From NCBI GenBank assembly GCA_951406725.2, contig OX597840.1, positions 34,658,001-34,722,000 on the forward strand: a stretch of 64,000 bases of DNA, written 5' to 3'. This DNA comes from Octopus vulgaris (taxonomy: Eukaryota). Numbering within the stretch: position 1 is the stretch's first letter; the number at the start of each line of letters is the position of its first letter. Under the pieces are notes generated by a model, which saw nothing but the letters and a program-made list of their open reading frames with translations, made no database searches and was not told where the DNA came from. Shown piece after piece: positions 1 through 14,700 of this stretch. Position numbers and translations under genes: made by a program.

Positions 1-1769
1 ACTATCCACCCCATGCCAGCATGGAAAACAGACATTAGAGGAGGAGGAGAAGGAGGATGCTGTGCTCTACCTGGAAGTATTGGAATATGTAATAACAAAA
101 GAGTAGTAGGAATAATGTTGATCTGTGTCTTGAGAGTGAAGCCTACAACTGGATTTGGGGGTATCGGAAGTGTCTTTTGTCAGTGCTTGAGTAGAAAAGG
201 GGTTTCTGGGTATAACTAGTAACAACAAGCAGAACACCATCTAATGACCTCAAGAACAACAACAAAGCTAATGTCTCCACTGGTAGATGAAACAAACATT
301 AACACCACTACCAGGACCCTCTTTACAGCTGCTAGAAATATCAACCAAATCTTCCAATTCTTCTTTGCTATCTTAAAAGTGATGCATTAGATGATGCAAT
401 GCTATAGAGATGTAATGGTGTACAAAACAAAATGGCATTCCGTCGGTTCCGATAATAAGGGTTCCAAGTTGATCTGATCAAAGGAACAGCCTCCTTGTGA
501 AATTAACACGTAAATGGCTGAGCACTCCACAGACATGCGTACACTTAATGTAATTTTCAGGGAGATTCAGAATGACACAGAATGTGGCAAGGCTGGCCCT
601 TTGGAAATACAGATATTTTTGCCAGCTGAGTGGACTGGAGCAACATGAAATAAAGTGCCTTGCTCAAGGATGCAACACATAGCCAGGAATTAAAATCGCA
701 TCCTTACAATGGTGTGGTGATTACCCTAACCAATAAACCATGCACCTCCACTGTAGTAATGTATCGTTTATCAGGGGGTTTGGTTCCAAAACACACAAAT
801 GCTAGATTCAGTCGCATTAAGCTCTGGGCCCACAGCAGTGAGGCTTCGACCATCACTTTTTCTCTTGGTCATTTCTACTCTTGTCTGCATCATTTGTTAG
901 GATCAGGTGCCTTTGTGTTTTTTTCATATTCACAGGTCCCACGTTGACGGGTACGAGTATGTAAATGCATGTTAAAAATACGCTTGCAACCTCAAAGCAC
1001 AGTCTTCTGAGCACAAACCGTGGTCAGTGAATTTTGGGTAACTGAGCATTATGGGTGATCATTGGGGTGCATTTTTGTGGTACAAGCAGAACCTTTGATT
1101 GCTGACCCACAATTTAGCATACTGTGTGATCCTGGATAAGAGATGAGTGAATCAGTAATAATTGAGAAGAGATGTGCTATGCCTGCAAATAAGGTGAGAT
1201 GGTCATGGTTAGAATGCCACTGATCATAGGTCTGCTGGATGAAGGCTGATCTAGCAACATCATACCTGGGATCATTTTTCAGAGTTACCGTTGCCCCAAG
1301 GACAAGTTAATAAAACAAATATACTTCTCATACATTGTGGCACTTGGGGTAATCACCGTTCTGAAGGACATGGTTTTAAATGCTTTAAGAAGGACTGTGG
1401 CATTTATTTTTGTAGGCAAACAGGATGAAAGGCAGGGCAAAGCCCTTTTATGCAGGCTGGAAAATACCCGAGTGTTGCACCGAACATCGGAAACCTGACA
1501 TAATTTGTGATGGTGGAAGCCGTGTGCCTCAAGGAAGAATTTTCAAATTCATGATAATTTGTCTTTGTTCCAAAGTTCCAGATGACTCTGATGCACCATT
1601 AGTGCTGGTGGAACTGTGTGGGTCTACCTCCTAGTGGAACATATTCAAAATAAAGAGGATTATATAAACATTTCATATGCCTGGAATCAGTATATTCCCT
1701 CAAAGGTAGTCTCCTTCAGTGAGGGAGCAGAGTACAGGCAAAAGTTATAACCCCACCCCAAAGGTAAAG

Positions 1770-2080
1770 GGTGAAAACCCCCTTTGGTCATGAAATGACT
1801 GGGATTACACCTAGAAAGTTCCCCTCTCAGGTACAACCAGTAGTTGCCCATGCATACCAGCCTCCCCTCTTCATGCCACCAGTGTCATCCAATGGAAAGG
1901 CAAAGGGGCCGATACAGCATGGCACCAGTGACGTCACAACTCTTTTCTACAGCTGAGTGAACTGGAGCAACGTGAAATGAAGTGTCTTGCTCAAGAACAC
2001 AACACGCAGCCCAGTCCAGGAATTGAAACCACAACCTCATGATAGTAAGCTGACACTCTAACCACTGAGCTGTGCACCTT
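1770..2080 (-). mobile_element. tRNA-derived SINE family D
   Basis: Minus-strand head gctcagtggttagagtg...ggtttcaattcc, then ttgtgttcttgagcaagacactt core; related pieces at about 620-750, 30270-30395 and 36070-36170. Confidence 0.7.
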
Positions 2081-2712
2081 ACTGCAGCGTAAACAATACA
2101 CGGACATACTCTTGCCCTCCTCTGCTTTGTTATCAATGACAGGGATCTGATAAAGAGGATGAAAACATCTGGACTTCAAGAACCAAGATGTAGGTAGATG
2201 TTAAGTTGTTGAAGTTGGGGTGGATGGGTACCAACTAAATAGGTGGAACAACAGGAGCCCCTACTGCAAATGCTTTTTATCTTTGCTGTTGTTTGAGAGA
2301 AGGTGGAGTTGATAGAAATAGGGAAAAAAAATTTTTAATCAAAGTAGAAATCGAAAGTATGAGAAGGGAATCATCCTTCCTAAAAACTACCAAACACAGG
2401 TGTGTATAAAATTGCTGGGAGCCCATATAAAAAGACCCTATTTGTCTGAATGCTAGAGGGGAGCCCTAGTGGAAATAAACCCTATTTTCATCTACAGCAA
2501 TGTTGTAAGTGGAGTTCATGAATTTCTATGTTTTGGGTTCGTTTGGGACCAAGAACACTTGTTAAGTGATACCAGATGCACACGTCCACCAACGACACCA
2601 AAGCTGTGTGCACTTGCACTTCTTTGATATAAAGTTTGCACCATGCTAACAAACGAACGATATTTTGTTATGGAAAGTTTTGAATGTGGAGGTAAAGATA
2701 TATATTTGTGGA

Positions 2713-2931
2713 AGGCGGTGAGCTGGCAGAAATGTTAGCACGCTGGGCGAAATGCTTAGCGGTATTTTACCTGCCGTTACGTTCTGAGTTCAAATTCCGC
2801 CGAGGTCATCTTTGCCTTTCATCCTTTCGGATGAAGTACCAGATACGCACTGGCAATGTAATCGATTTAACCCATTTTTCTGTCCTTGTTTGTCCCCACT
2901 GTGTTTAGCCCCTTGTGGGTAGTAAAGAAAT
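2713..2931 (+). mobile_element. tRNA-derived SINE family B (GGCGGTGAGCTGGCAGAA head) with 17-bp TSD
   Basis: A-box-like head and B-box GAGTTCAAATTCC; TSD agatatatatttg(t/c)gga at 2696-2712 and 2932-2948. Other copies near 12533, 12765, 24490, 24770 and 45805. Confidence 0.85.
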
Positions 2932-3566
2932 AGATATATATTTGCGGACCTGGTGGTAGGTCAGTAAACCTAGACATTATTAATAGCAGTTACAGAAATG
3001 CTGTGAGGCCAGTATCTGTTTCTGATTTGATTTCAGGCTGGATGGCCTCATTTATTTAGACATCTGGGAACATATTGTTCATTTGTGGGGGAAAAGGGGT
3101 TGTGAGGATCTTTTAGACAAGTAACTGATAGGCGGTGGAGTTAAAGCTTCTCAAATTGGCTGAGGCAACTTGCAGCTGATCTTATGATGTTGCTCAGACT
3201 GAGCTGAGAGGAAGCTGCTTCTGAGAGGTTGGACGAAATTAATAAATGAATAGCAGGAAATATCTAATCAGATTAGATAGAATGTCTGCTAGTTCGCTTT
3301 TTATGCATGGAACTGGCTTCACTTGGTCACAAATTCCATCCATCACCAACTCCAAATTTGAAAGGAGTAAGGATTTACAAAGATTGTAACATTTGCAAAG
3401 ATGTCTGAATGGTGAGCAAGGGGACAACCCCAGCTGTACTCTTTCGCCACAACTTTCTCTCACTCTTTCTTCTGTTGACCTGCTCGCGTCATTTGAAGGC
3501 TAAAACAATGCAAAGTGCATTGTGACCAGCGATGTGTAGCAACATCTGATAGCCTGGTTGGTCACG

Positions 3567-3646
<80 letters not shown>

Positions 3647-3960
3647 CATACATACATACATACATGTATATACACATATGTATATACATGTATATGTATG
3701 TACATAAGAAGGCTACACCAAGCTCCAGTGTCTGCTTCAGCATGATTTCTACCGCTGGAGGACCTTCTTGGTGACAACCACTTTACAGAGTGTACTGGGG
3801 TATTTTTAAAATATTTTTTTGTTGCAGCACCAGTGAGATTACCAAGTATTTGCAATACAAGACCCCTCGACTGAGTTGTCTATAATAAATAAATAAATAT
3901 ATATATGTGTATATATATATGAATAAGATATAAATGAGTAACAGTAGAGGTACAAGTGTC

Positions 3961-4049
3961 AATCCATTACAGCTGTTTCTAACGACTCCTTTAACTAATT
4001 AATGAAAACATTACATCATTATAAAGAAACAATTTTCGTCAGCTGAATT
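3961..4049 (-). ncRNA. Type I hammerhead ribozyme motif (Penelope-type, degenerate)
   Basis: Minus strand: AATTCAG-CTGACGA-[long pairable stem II]-GAAA-CAGCTG-TA-ATGGATT; core intact, palindromic minimal stem III. Confidence 0.6.
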
Positions 4050-5272
4050 CACAAACTTCAAAATATTATGGACTGTATGTATTCGATATATTGTACATGT
4101 CTGAATAGCTCAAGAGTGGGTTTCTTCACTCAGCTGGGTCTACCTGTCTACATACACTTGCAAGTATATCATTTGGCCGGTAAATTATGTCCCAAGTTTG
4201 ATATTTACATAATTTTGTTGTGTGTGTATATTATTATCCCGACCTAACTAGGTGTCTCAATTTAACAACCTAATTCAACTGAATCTTACTTATATCTATT
4301 AATTCCAACAGGCTATATATTTATCTCCACTCAAACCATGGATGTTCTGTTGGAACAAACTATACAGCGGTAGTTACCACGAGAGAAACTCACTGCACCA
4401 AAAACCAGTATGAGAATTTCTCTCCTGGTACCTATGGCTGTATACTTTGTTCCAACAGAACGTCTATGTTTAAGTGGGGACAAATATGTATATATGTGTA
4501 TATACATTTCATTATATATATATATATTTGTGTGTATTGTTTTTCGTATATATGTTATTCCTATTTCTTTGTATATAATTGTATATGTGTACATGCTTAT
4601 GTATACATATAATGTTCACATTCCATGTAAAATTTACTGTTATTTTGGCCCTCATTTTTTTATTTTGCTCAGTGGAATTGTTTTTGTTAAAACAAATATA
4701 CTTGTATTAATTCTACTATTGCTGCTGTCTCTATCTACCATTACTTAAGTATGTATTTTTTCTTGTGTGGTCACTTGTTTTTTATGTCATGTCTTGTTTA
4801 AATTATGAATGTTTATTGTTTGTGACACCTGACACATTCCACACTCTTTGATCTCCCATTTTGTGTTTTTTTGTTTTTTTCTATTTAGATGCGTCACTGA
4901 TCTCATGCTCGCTGTCTGTATCACCTGTAGTAGTTGTAACAGTAGTAGTATTAATAGTGACTACTACATGTATCACCATCATTACCACCACCACCACCAC
5001 TGTCGTCGTCATCATCATCATCATCATCACCATCATCATCTCTCTGCTGCATCCTGTTGCAAAAAAAACAAAAACTTAAAACCTTCCTAACTTGACTGGA
5101 AGAAATTATATTTAAAAAGAAAGTAAAGACATTATCTATACACCCACTCACACCCACACAAAAAGCTCATACTGGAGCATGGTATTGCACAAGCTGGTTA
5201 AATCAAACTGAAGAATACACAAAACATATACACATGCAAGTGTGTGTGTGTGCATATATGTGTATGTATATG

Positions 5273-5303
<31 letters not shown>

Positions 5304-5402
5304 CTCTCTATATATATATAAGTATCTATATATGTAAATATATGTCTATATATATATGTATATATATATGTCTCTCTCTCTCTATGTATATATATATATA
5401 TG

Positions 5403-5452
<50 letters not shown>

Positions 5453-5546
5453 TATATATATATGTATATATATATAAATATATGTATATATCAATATATG
5501 TATATATATATATATATGTATATATATAAATATATGTATATATCAA

Positions 5547-5667
<121 letters not shown>

Positions 5668-7079
5668 GTATACACACACACACACACACATACATATATG
5701 CTGTTTGTTATTTGCTGATTGCTTAAGATATTCTTTTAATCAGACATATCCACTCAAAATTCCATTTCTTTCAGCTCTTTGCTCTGCGAATTCAAATGCT
5801 TCCAAAATTGATTTTGCCCTCCTTCCTTTCAGGGTTGACAAAATAGGTACCAGTTACACATTGAGGGTTGCTGCAATCCACAAAATGTCAGGCCTTGGGC
5901 TTATAGTACAAAGTAACATAAGACTTCTACTGTCCATGCTACGACAATTAAAATTTAAAATATTTACAATTTGGTAGATATTAATTGATGAAATGAAATT
6001 ATTTATAGAAATATAATAGTGAAATTGGTCTGTCGAATCAGAAATGTCTTGGGGGGTTAATAGTGCAGCAAACAAAAAAAAAAGAAAAGAGAAAAAAGGA
6101 TCGTCTGCCTTATTTATGGAAGTGTTGTGCTCCAGAAAATATTGCAGCAATGTGGATTTGTGTTTTGAAAACTGCAGCCCTATCTTCTCATTGATTTCTG
6201 TTACATGGAAATCAATGGGAAAAATATATTTTGCAGTGTGGAACTCAATGTTACAACAAGATTTTCATAAGTTTATGTCATTAACTTGATCCCCTCCCTT
6301 CAAAATTGCTGGCCTTGGACTGTGCAACAGATTGACATCTCATTCAGAGATGGGGATGTTGTGATCTGGGTCACGTATACACCATGGAAACAAAATAGCC
6401 AGCTCTAAGGGTCCTGTGGTGCAATAACAAAAGAGGAGAGACTACCTATATTTCATACACTATTTTTCTTTTGTAATGTTATATTTTAAATTTAACACAA
6501 ACTGTGTACAAAACTATATATCCATATGTGTGTGTGTGTGTGTGTATAGATATATAGAAAGTCCTTTTAATCCTGAATTACTTTTGTTCCATCCCACCCC
6601 CATTTCATGCCCTCCACTATTATCATCTAAATTATTCACTAATTTCCAAATCATATGCAAAAATATAAACATCGAACCCCTGTAATTTGCATTCAAATCA
6701 CTGTACTCTTTCTATTTATCTTGGGTATTTTGCATTGACCTGGAGTCCCTAATTTTTCATTTACTTCATAATTTGCTTTATACATATACATACATGCATG
6801 CATACATGCATATTTATATTCATGCATGTGTGCATGCACAAAAACACACAAACACAGATACCTAACTTGTTTTCTGAAGAATTATTAATTGTTTTACTTC
6901 TCTGAGTGCTTGGTCTTGTTTGCTCTGGTAGATTCTGTGAGAGCAGACAGCAACCTGCTGTCAGAGGTCTCACAGGGTCTCTTTTATGCACATTATAAGC
7001 TTTGATACTTGGTTGTTAATTATCATTGGGTGACATTCAACATCCAACTACCAATCTCAAAATCCGAGCTGTTCCCAGC

Positions 7080-7110
<31 letters not shown>

Positions 7111-7664
7111 GAGTGAGAGAGCCGTGCATGCCAACAAAGTGACACTGGGGTAAAATATACGAAGCCCAGTATACCCATCATGACTACCCGTCTGATAAGG
7201 GTTCACCAGGCACAGGCATCACAAGCATATGTGCGTGACATGGTGATCTCATATCAAGATAAACAGCACATGACCTTGCAGGTGGGGCCCAGTTAAAATT
7301 TTCTTCTAGTTGAGTAGCCCATCCCGCTCAAAAGGTCCTTGAATAAGGGTTGTTTAAGGATGTTGAACAGACCACCCATGTTTCCAAAGGTGAATTATCC
7401 AAACCTCCTAGAATCCCTCTCAACACAAGGCTATGATGCTCCCCCACTACTTCTGCTCGTGATCAGAGATGCACATATCGTCAGCCACTAAGGGACATGC
7501 TCAACTGGTTAAGGTCAAACAACTGACAAGCAAATCTGTGGTATTGAGCAGAATATTTGCTGTAGCCCATCTTTTATACCAAGACAAAACAATGTACATG
7601 ATAACACTTCCAATCAGTTAAGATCAGAAGCCATGAGAGCCACTGCCTGGTATTGCATCAGGGC
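7111..7664 (-). mobile_element. 554-bp non-coding element inserted in (ATT)n, copy 1
   Basis: Same termini (gagtgagaga...catcagggc) and high similarity to the copies at 20942 and 22005; ATT repeats on both sides. Confidence 0.85.
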
Positions 7665-8559
7665 ATTTATTATTATTATCACCACCACCATCATCATCAT
7701 CATCATCATCATGGTGGTGAGCCGGCAGAGTTGTTAGCATGTCATACAAAGGTGTGCAGTGTCATTTCTTCCAGCTTACATTCCAGGTTCAAATATTGCA
7801 AGGGTTTTAACTTTGTCTTTCATCCTGTCAAGGTTGAAAAAATAAGGTAACAGTCAAGTTAAACCCTACTTCCCTAAAATTAGCCTTGTGTCAAAATCAA
7901 CCAGCTCCCCTCCTCACAAAATTTCTGGCCTTCTACCTAAAGTTAAAGGATTCATCATCATCACCACCATCATCATCGTCATCACCATTTTCATCATCAT
8001 CATCATCATCATCTCATCCTCAGTGTCACTTGTACTAAAAAAAAAAATGATCTGTAAAAATAAAAAAAAAATTGGCCTTCCTGCTCTGTCAGTATTTTGT
8101 TGTAATGTCTGTCACACTTGATTGATCTCTTCTGTAATAAAATCTCTGTGCTGTGGAAACGTTGCCTTATTTGGTGTTGACTGATTTTATTTGACGAGTT
8201 TTCGAACAGCACAAAATACAATCAGAGAAAACAACACTACTATAGCTTTTGATGAACCCTCCTTGCACACCCACAGCCATAAAATGAGAAGAGCTATGCT
8301 CCACAAGAGGCTAGGGAAAAAAAACTCCAGCTCTCACCCTTCGCAAGGCCCTGCTCCTACAATTTGTATGGTGTTGATGTGATATAAACGTTCAAGTGAG
8401 ATCTTTTGGTTCGTTCTTTCCTGTTGCTGCTGCTTACAACAGCCTGGACGTGGGGTCGTGTGGTTTCAAGTTCAGTCCCACTGCATGGCACCTTGGCTAA
8501 GCATTTTCTACTATAGCCTCGGGAGTGTGTTTGGCAGGTGTTAAACTGTGAGAAGCCCG

Positions 8560-8617
<58 letters not shown>

Positions 8618-8842
8618 ATATGTCTGTGTGTATATATATATAAAATATAATATATATGTATCTATATATATAAAACATGACATATATATATATATATATA
8701 TATATACATACATATATATATATATATATATAAAATATAATTACATATACATGCATATAACATGACATACACATATATACAACATATTTAACACGCGCTG
8801 ACACACACACATAATGTATATATGTGTGTGTGTGTGTGTATG

Positions 8843-9540
8843 TATTGGTTTGAGGAATAATTAATGAGCGTTTTTTTTTTTCAAATTTATCTTAAGCAAA
8901 AAGAAAAATACAAATTAATAATATACTCTCCATTGTTTACGACTTCCTCTCATCGTATAATAAGTTTTTCGCTGCCTCGGCGATAGAATTCTGCCGGCCT
9001 TGACACAAAAAATTCTTCCAACCAAGCCCTCAATTTCACGTCACTATTGAACGATACACCGCACAAAGCGTTCAAAAGCAATGAAAATCTGACGGAGAGT
9101 ATGGAGGATGAGGCAGCATTTCCCATCTGAGTTCTTGAATCGCGGCTTTGGTCATATTGACGATGTGAGGACGGGTGTTGTCTTGTTGCAGAAGAACGCA
9201 ATTTCGTGTATTCGGTCTTTTTTGCTAAATTTCTTCGTTGAGTCGATGCAGTAGAGCTCTGCACCCAAGCAGTTCCTAATAAATTATGCCTTTCCTGTCC
9301 CACCATACACACAACATGGTCTTACGAGGACGAAGGTCTTTTGTTTTGCTCGCGGAGTCACTTGTTTGTCGGGGCTGAGCCATTTTTTTCGCTGCTTCAA
9401 ATTGACGTAAAGGCATCGTTTTTCATCGCCAGTGACAATGCGGTAAAGAAAATGTTGTTTGGGGTCATGTATTGAGCGATATCGAGCGAGCCAACTGGCG
9501 GCGATTGTGGAGTGTTGATTTTTGTTGTTTTCGCTCAAAG
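8843..9540 (-). mobile_element. Decayed mariner transposon (3' half with TIR)
   Basis: Frameshifted motifs FLYRIVTGDEK, QQDNTRPH, LPHPPYSPSDF, FYRRG.EKL..R; TA plus mariner-like TIR (ttggtttgaggaataa) at 8843; cut at about 9540 by a SINE fragment. Confidence 0.88.
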
Positions 9541-10107
9541 GTTTTGGTCGGTGAGGCTATGGTAGAAGACACTTGCCGAAGGTATCACACTGTGGAACTG
9601 AACCCAGTACCATGTGGTTGGGAAGACTAGCTTCTCAGTTTTTACGTCTGCAAAAACATGTTTTTCTGTTTTTTTGTGTGTGTGGGTTTTTTCCCCCCGT
9701 TGTCATCCACTCACTGCAAATTGTTGGCAAGTGACGAAAGTTGAACATTCCATTCACCTTTCCATGAGAATATTTCGTTTACGTAATTAAAAACAACAAA
9801 ACTGTTTCTTGAAGATAATCACAATCTTCAAATAATGTGAGACACATCAGGTGTGGGTTACGTGTGCCGGGGGGAGAGGGTGTAAACGAGATGATGTGGC
9901 CTCTGCACATATCTCCTAACATACTGTAAGCCAATTCCTCATAAGTTTCTGCTATTTTGGCTGGTTTTCAGTATTTTATCATTAGTAACTATTATTGTGT
10001 CTATCCAGCTCCCCGGCCTATGACACGGAGTTTCCCCCCTCCATCCCAAATAGTACGGCCTCATTAGAAAAAAAAAACGTCTTGTACACTGGCAAATACA
10101 GTGGTTT

Positions 10108-10480
10108 GTTCATCCATCCATCTTCGTCCACTATTCTTGTAAAGGTCGTTGGGCGTCGAGTCTCCAGAAGGAACTGTCCTTACGCTTTCCCTCTGGATTT
10201 CCCAAGCGTGTCCAGCTGAGACTATGGATATAAATCCAACCATCTCGCCCTTGGTCACCTGCTGGTTAGCGATTCTTTCACCTTGGTCACCTGCTGGTTA
10301 GCGATTCTTTCCTGGGACATTTTAATCCCATGTCCGTAGTACTGGAGCTGTGACATCTCAATGCGGAGGAGTAGCGACTCGACCTGGGGAGGTTCCCTGA
10401 TCTTCAAGCTTTGTACGTCGTTGCGTAACGTTATTCTGGTGACCCTTTCGAGTAAACCCCATTTCGGCCGCTCATATTCA
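10108..10480 (-). mobile_element. RTE-clade LINE 3' fragment
   Basis: Minus-strand translation AEMG..ERVTRITLRNDVQSLKIRE..QVESLLLRIEMSQLQYYGH..RWLDYI resembles the RTE ORF C-terminus; (GGAT)n tail; 32-bp internal tandem duplication at about 10249-10312. Confidence 0.7.
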
Positions 10481-11504
10481 CCATCGCACTCTTTCCGTCA
10501 TTATCCAACATTTATGACCAGGAGTGATTTGGGAAGTAGGAATTCATTTCGGGACAGTCGTCATGCCAATGTTAATAACACACGCACTGGTTCATTTCCA
10601 CTCCTTTATTATTAATCAATTGGCTAAAATTGTTACAACACGATTTCACAAAAAGAATCTTGCAAACCAGATACAAAAACGAAGTAATTTTATTTGGAGA
10701 GGAATGTCTGGAATTGTACTGAAGTCTTCACGTTACAAACGTTTCTTGGATGCATTATAGTCTTCGAAATTACTGTGATTCATTCCTGAAAATAACATCT
10801 GTTGATTCTTTTCTCTTATTCCAAATACCTAGTCTTCAGTAAGGCATTTTAATGAAGACTACGTTTTTGGATGAATTTACATCACATTCCTGGCAAAATA
10901 ACGTTGGTTAATTCCTTTCCTGTAACCGTTGTCATTGTTCCACTGAAGACTGCAAGTTTGGTTTGTGCCAAGTTCCTAGCGATAACAGGTTTTCTTTCAG
11001 CTAGTCATGGACTCGTTAGTGGAGTTATTTAACTCTTACTAAATAAATATCGTTGTACATATATATACTTCGAATCAGAGAGAGAGAGATACCTCCTATC
11101 TTATTTCAGTTATCTCTCCGGCAGAAGGTAATGGCGAACTTCTGCTGGCTCTTTCCCCTCAACTTTCTCTCACTCTTTCCTCTTGCAGCTCACCTGCGAC
11201 GGACCGGTGTCCCGTCCAGGTGGGGAACCTATACGCCAAGGAAACCGAGAACCGGCGCTATGAGTCATGCATGGCTCGAGAAAGAACAAACATGTTAAAG
11301 TAATCTTCAGTTTAACAGAAATTTTGATAAAAAATCTTTTCGTAGTTTCTGTTTCCATGGAGAAATCCTGATTGTTTGTAAGAAACGGGAGCAGGTAGGT
11401 ATTCATCTCAGATTAATTTTAACATCAACTGATTTAAATATTTTCCTTCGGAGAGACGTTAATTTTGTCTGTTGTTCCACCATTTGCAATGACCATTAAT
11501 AAAT

Positions 11505-11700
11505 CTAACGCAGAGGAGAGGAAGATAAACAAATACAGGAGCTTGACTGGCCGCTATCAGTTTCTACCGGTCGTCCTCGACACCTCGGGGCTTCTCAGAC
11601 CCCGCACTGCTGATTTTCTCCGCAAAATCGAGATAACTGCGGCCCATCTGAGGAATGAGCCTCGGCAGGTGGAGTGGCTGTGACAGGGAGTGTCACTGAC
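11505..11700 (+). mobile_element. Non-LTR retrotransposon restriction-like endonuclease fragment (CRE-like)
   Basis: AEERKINKYRSLTGRYQFLPVVLDTSGLLRPRTADFLRKI matches the K..KY..L...F.P...ET.G pattern of RLE C-termini. Confidence 0.55.
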
Positions 11701-14700
11701 CCCGGTCTGGGAATCGAAACCTAATACGTCTTTCTCTTTTTCAAGACAATAGGATGTGATATGAGGGAAATTTGGCTGCGGTTTCTAGCAGATATTGCAA
11801 CAACATTGCTCGGGTTCTTATTTATTCGTTAATCTACTAATGTGAAACTAAGCAGTGAAAGCGGACAATGGACAATGAATAGTCCATTTCTTTATCCAAC
11901 TGGACGAACTACTTCCCAGCTCATAACCTACCGAGTTATAACAACATTGATTTCAAACTTTTGCACAAGGCCAGCAATTTCAGGGACGGGGTAAGTCGAT
12001 TACATCGACCTCAGTGTTCAACTGGTACTTATTTTATCGATGGAGGCACAATGGCCCAGTGGTTAGGGTAGTGGACACGCGGTCATAGCATCGCGGTTTC
12101 GATTCCCAGACCGGGCGTTGTGATTGTTTATTGAGCGAAAACACCTAAAGCCCCACGAGGCTCCAGTCGGGGTTGGTGGCGAACCCTGCTGTACTCTTTC
12201 ACCACAACTTTCTCTCTCTTTCTTCCTGTTTCTGTCGTACCCGTATTTCAAAGGACCAGCCTTGTCACGCTGAATCTTCCCGAGAACTACGTTATGGGTA
12301 CACGTGTCTGTGGAGTGCTCAGCCACTTGCACGTTAATTTCACGAGCAGGCTGTTCCGTTGATCGGATCAACTGGAACCCACGTCGGAGTGCCACGATTT
12401 TATTGATCCCGAAAAGATGAAAGGTAAAGTCCACCTCGGAGGAATTTGAACTCAGATCATAAAGACGGACGAAATGTCGCTAGGTATTTTGTTCGGAGAG
12501 AGAAGTAAAATAAAGACAAATAAATATGATTAGGGTGGCGAGCTGGTAGAATCGTTAGCACGCCGGGCGAAAAGCTTAGCGACATTTCGTCTGTCTTTAC
12601 GTTCTGAGTTCAAATTCCACCGAGGTCGACTTTTCCTTTTAAACTTACGAGGTCGATAAATCAAGTACCAGTTGAACTCGGGAGTCGATGTAATAGGTTT
12701 ACGTCTTGTCCGAAATTGCTGGCCTTGTGCCAACATGTGAAATCGATATCTGTTTATAACTTAAGGCGGAGGGTTGGCAGAATCGTTAGCACACCGGACT
12801 AAATGCTTTGCGACCACTTTGTCCGTCTTTACTTTCTGAATTCGTATTCCGCCGTCCGACTTTGTCTTTCATCCTTTCTGGATCGATAAAATAAGAACCA
12901 GTTGAACACTTAAATCGATGTAATCGACTTAACCCCTCCCCCGAAATTGCTGGCCTCGTGCCAAAATTTGTAATCAGTGTGTTTTTATAACCCGATGGCT
13001 TATGAACTGGGAACTGCCGTGAAGTGTACCAACACACAACAGTTCTTTATGGTTAGTCCAATTGAATAAGGAAGTGGAGTGTTCATTGTCCATTGTATCA
13101 TTTTAAGGCCAAGCAGAAACGCTTTCACTGGTTCGTTTCACATGAATAGATTAACAAATCGTGGCACTCCGTCGGCTACGACGACGAGGGTTCTAGTTGA
13201 TCCGAATCAACGGAACAGCCTGCTCGTGAAATTAACGTGTAAGTGGCTGAGCACTCCACAGACACGTGTACCCTTAACGTAGTTCTCGGGGAGATTCAGT
13301 GTGACAAGGCTGGGCCTTTGAAATACAAGTACAACAGAAACAGGAAGAAAGAGTGAGAGAAGGTTGTGGTGAAAGAGTACAGCAGGGTTTGCCACTATAC
13401 CCTGTTGGGGCCACGTAGAGCTTTAGGTGCTTTCGCTCAATAAACACTGACAACGCCCAGTCTGGGAATCGAAACCGCGATGCTATGACCGCAAGTCCAC
13501 TGCCCTAACCACTGGGCTATTGCGCCTCCACGATTAAGAAATAACCTGCAAATAAAATAAAAGTCGACACCATGAACGAAGGGCACCTGTATGGTGCTGT
13601 ATGATACGTCAACAGAGGGCAGCAGCGTGGGTAGTCGTTGAATCGGGTGTTCAGCTGATCGAATGACGCAATACTCATCGTCGAACTCGGTGGAGATCCA
13701 TTTACCTTTTATTTGCAAAGAGAAAACAACGGGAAATATATACATAGAAGCTAAGTAGACAGAGTCAGGGCTGTGTGGTTAAGAGGCTCGCTTCGCAACC
13801 ACACGGTTCCTGGTTCAGTCCCACTGCATGGCACCTTAAGCGACTGTCTTCTATTATAGCCCTGGGTCGACCAAAGCCTTATCAGTGGATTTGATTGACG
13901 GAAAATGTGTGGAAGCCCGTCGGTTTACATGTGTGTGTGTGTGTTTGAGTTTATTCTCCGTAACTTAACAGTTCGACAACACAGATCCGATATGACATGT
14001 ACGAGATTCAAGAAATAAATTCTGGGATCGATTTCGACTAAAACACATTCAAGTGCCCCAGGATGGCCGCAATCCAAGGAAAGAAAAAAGTAAAAAATAA
14101 AAAGTCATATCTTGCAAGGGAGGTAACTCTACTTAGCTTATGTATTTTCAAGGGAGACAATTCCCATAAATCGATTTCAAGTTTTTGCTTTTGCTCTTCA
14201 GTTATTGAGTTCGATACAAAATCACTTTTGCTGTTCAATTTTAAATTGAAATTGTTTGTTCGAGCCTTTTTTTTTTTTGGTTTTCTTAAAAAATAATTTT
14301 CACGGTTTTGTATTTATTAACGAATATTTAAGTGGAAAAAAAAAATATTTACTTTACTAACTGTAACATTGAAAAGTGTTATGAAACGCTTTTTTATCTC
14401 TCATTTTCCTCTTTTACTCTTTTACACGCTTCAGTAATTTGACTGCGGCCGTGCTGGAGCAACACATAAGCCTAGTACTTATTCTATCGATCTCTTTTTC
14501 CGAACCGTTAGATATTGGGGACGAAAACACAGACACAAAGACACACACACATAGATATATATACAATATATATACGACGGGATTCTTTCAGTTTCCATCT
14601 ACCAAATCCACTCACAAGGCTTTGGTTGGCCCAAGGTGCCAAGCTGTAGGACTGAACTCGGAACCATGTGGTTGGTAAGCAAGCTTCTTACCACACAGCC

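Noticed and set aside
2130-3420. Unique-looking ~1-kb tract (similar tracts at about 14880-15640, 39290-39870 and 51190-51590)
   Set aside because: No sustained reading frame or motif; likely old retroelement debris but cannot be assigned by eye.
9709-9753. Possible minus-strand micro-exon MECSTFVTCQQFA|gtgagt
   Set aside because: Good donor, but not signal-peptide-like, and no matching downstream coding exon could be found in the window.
13437-13745. 102-aa complex-looking ORF
   Set aside because: Built from a SINE C head plus what looks like a degenerate SINE tail; no protein motif.
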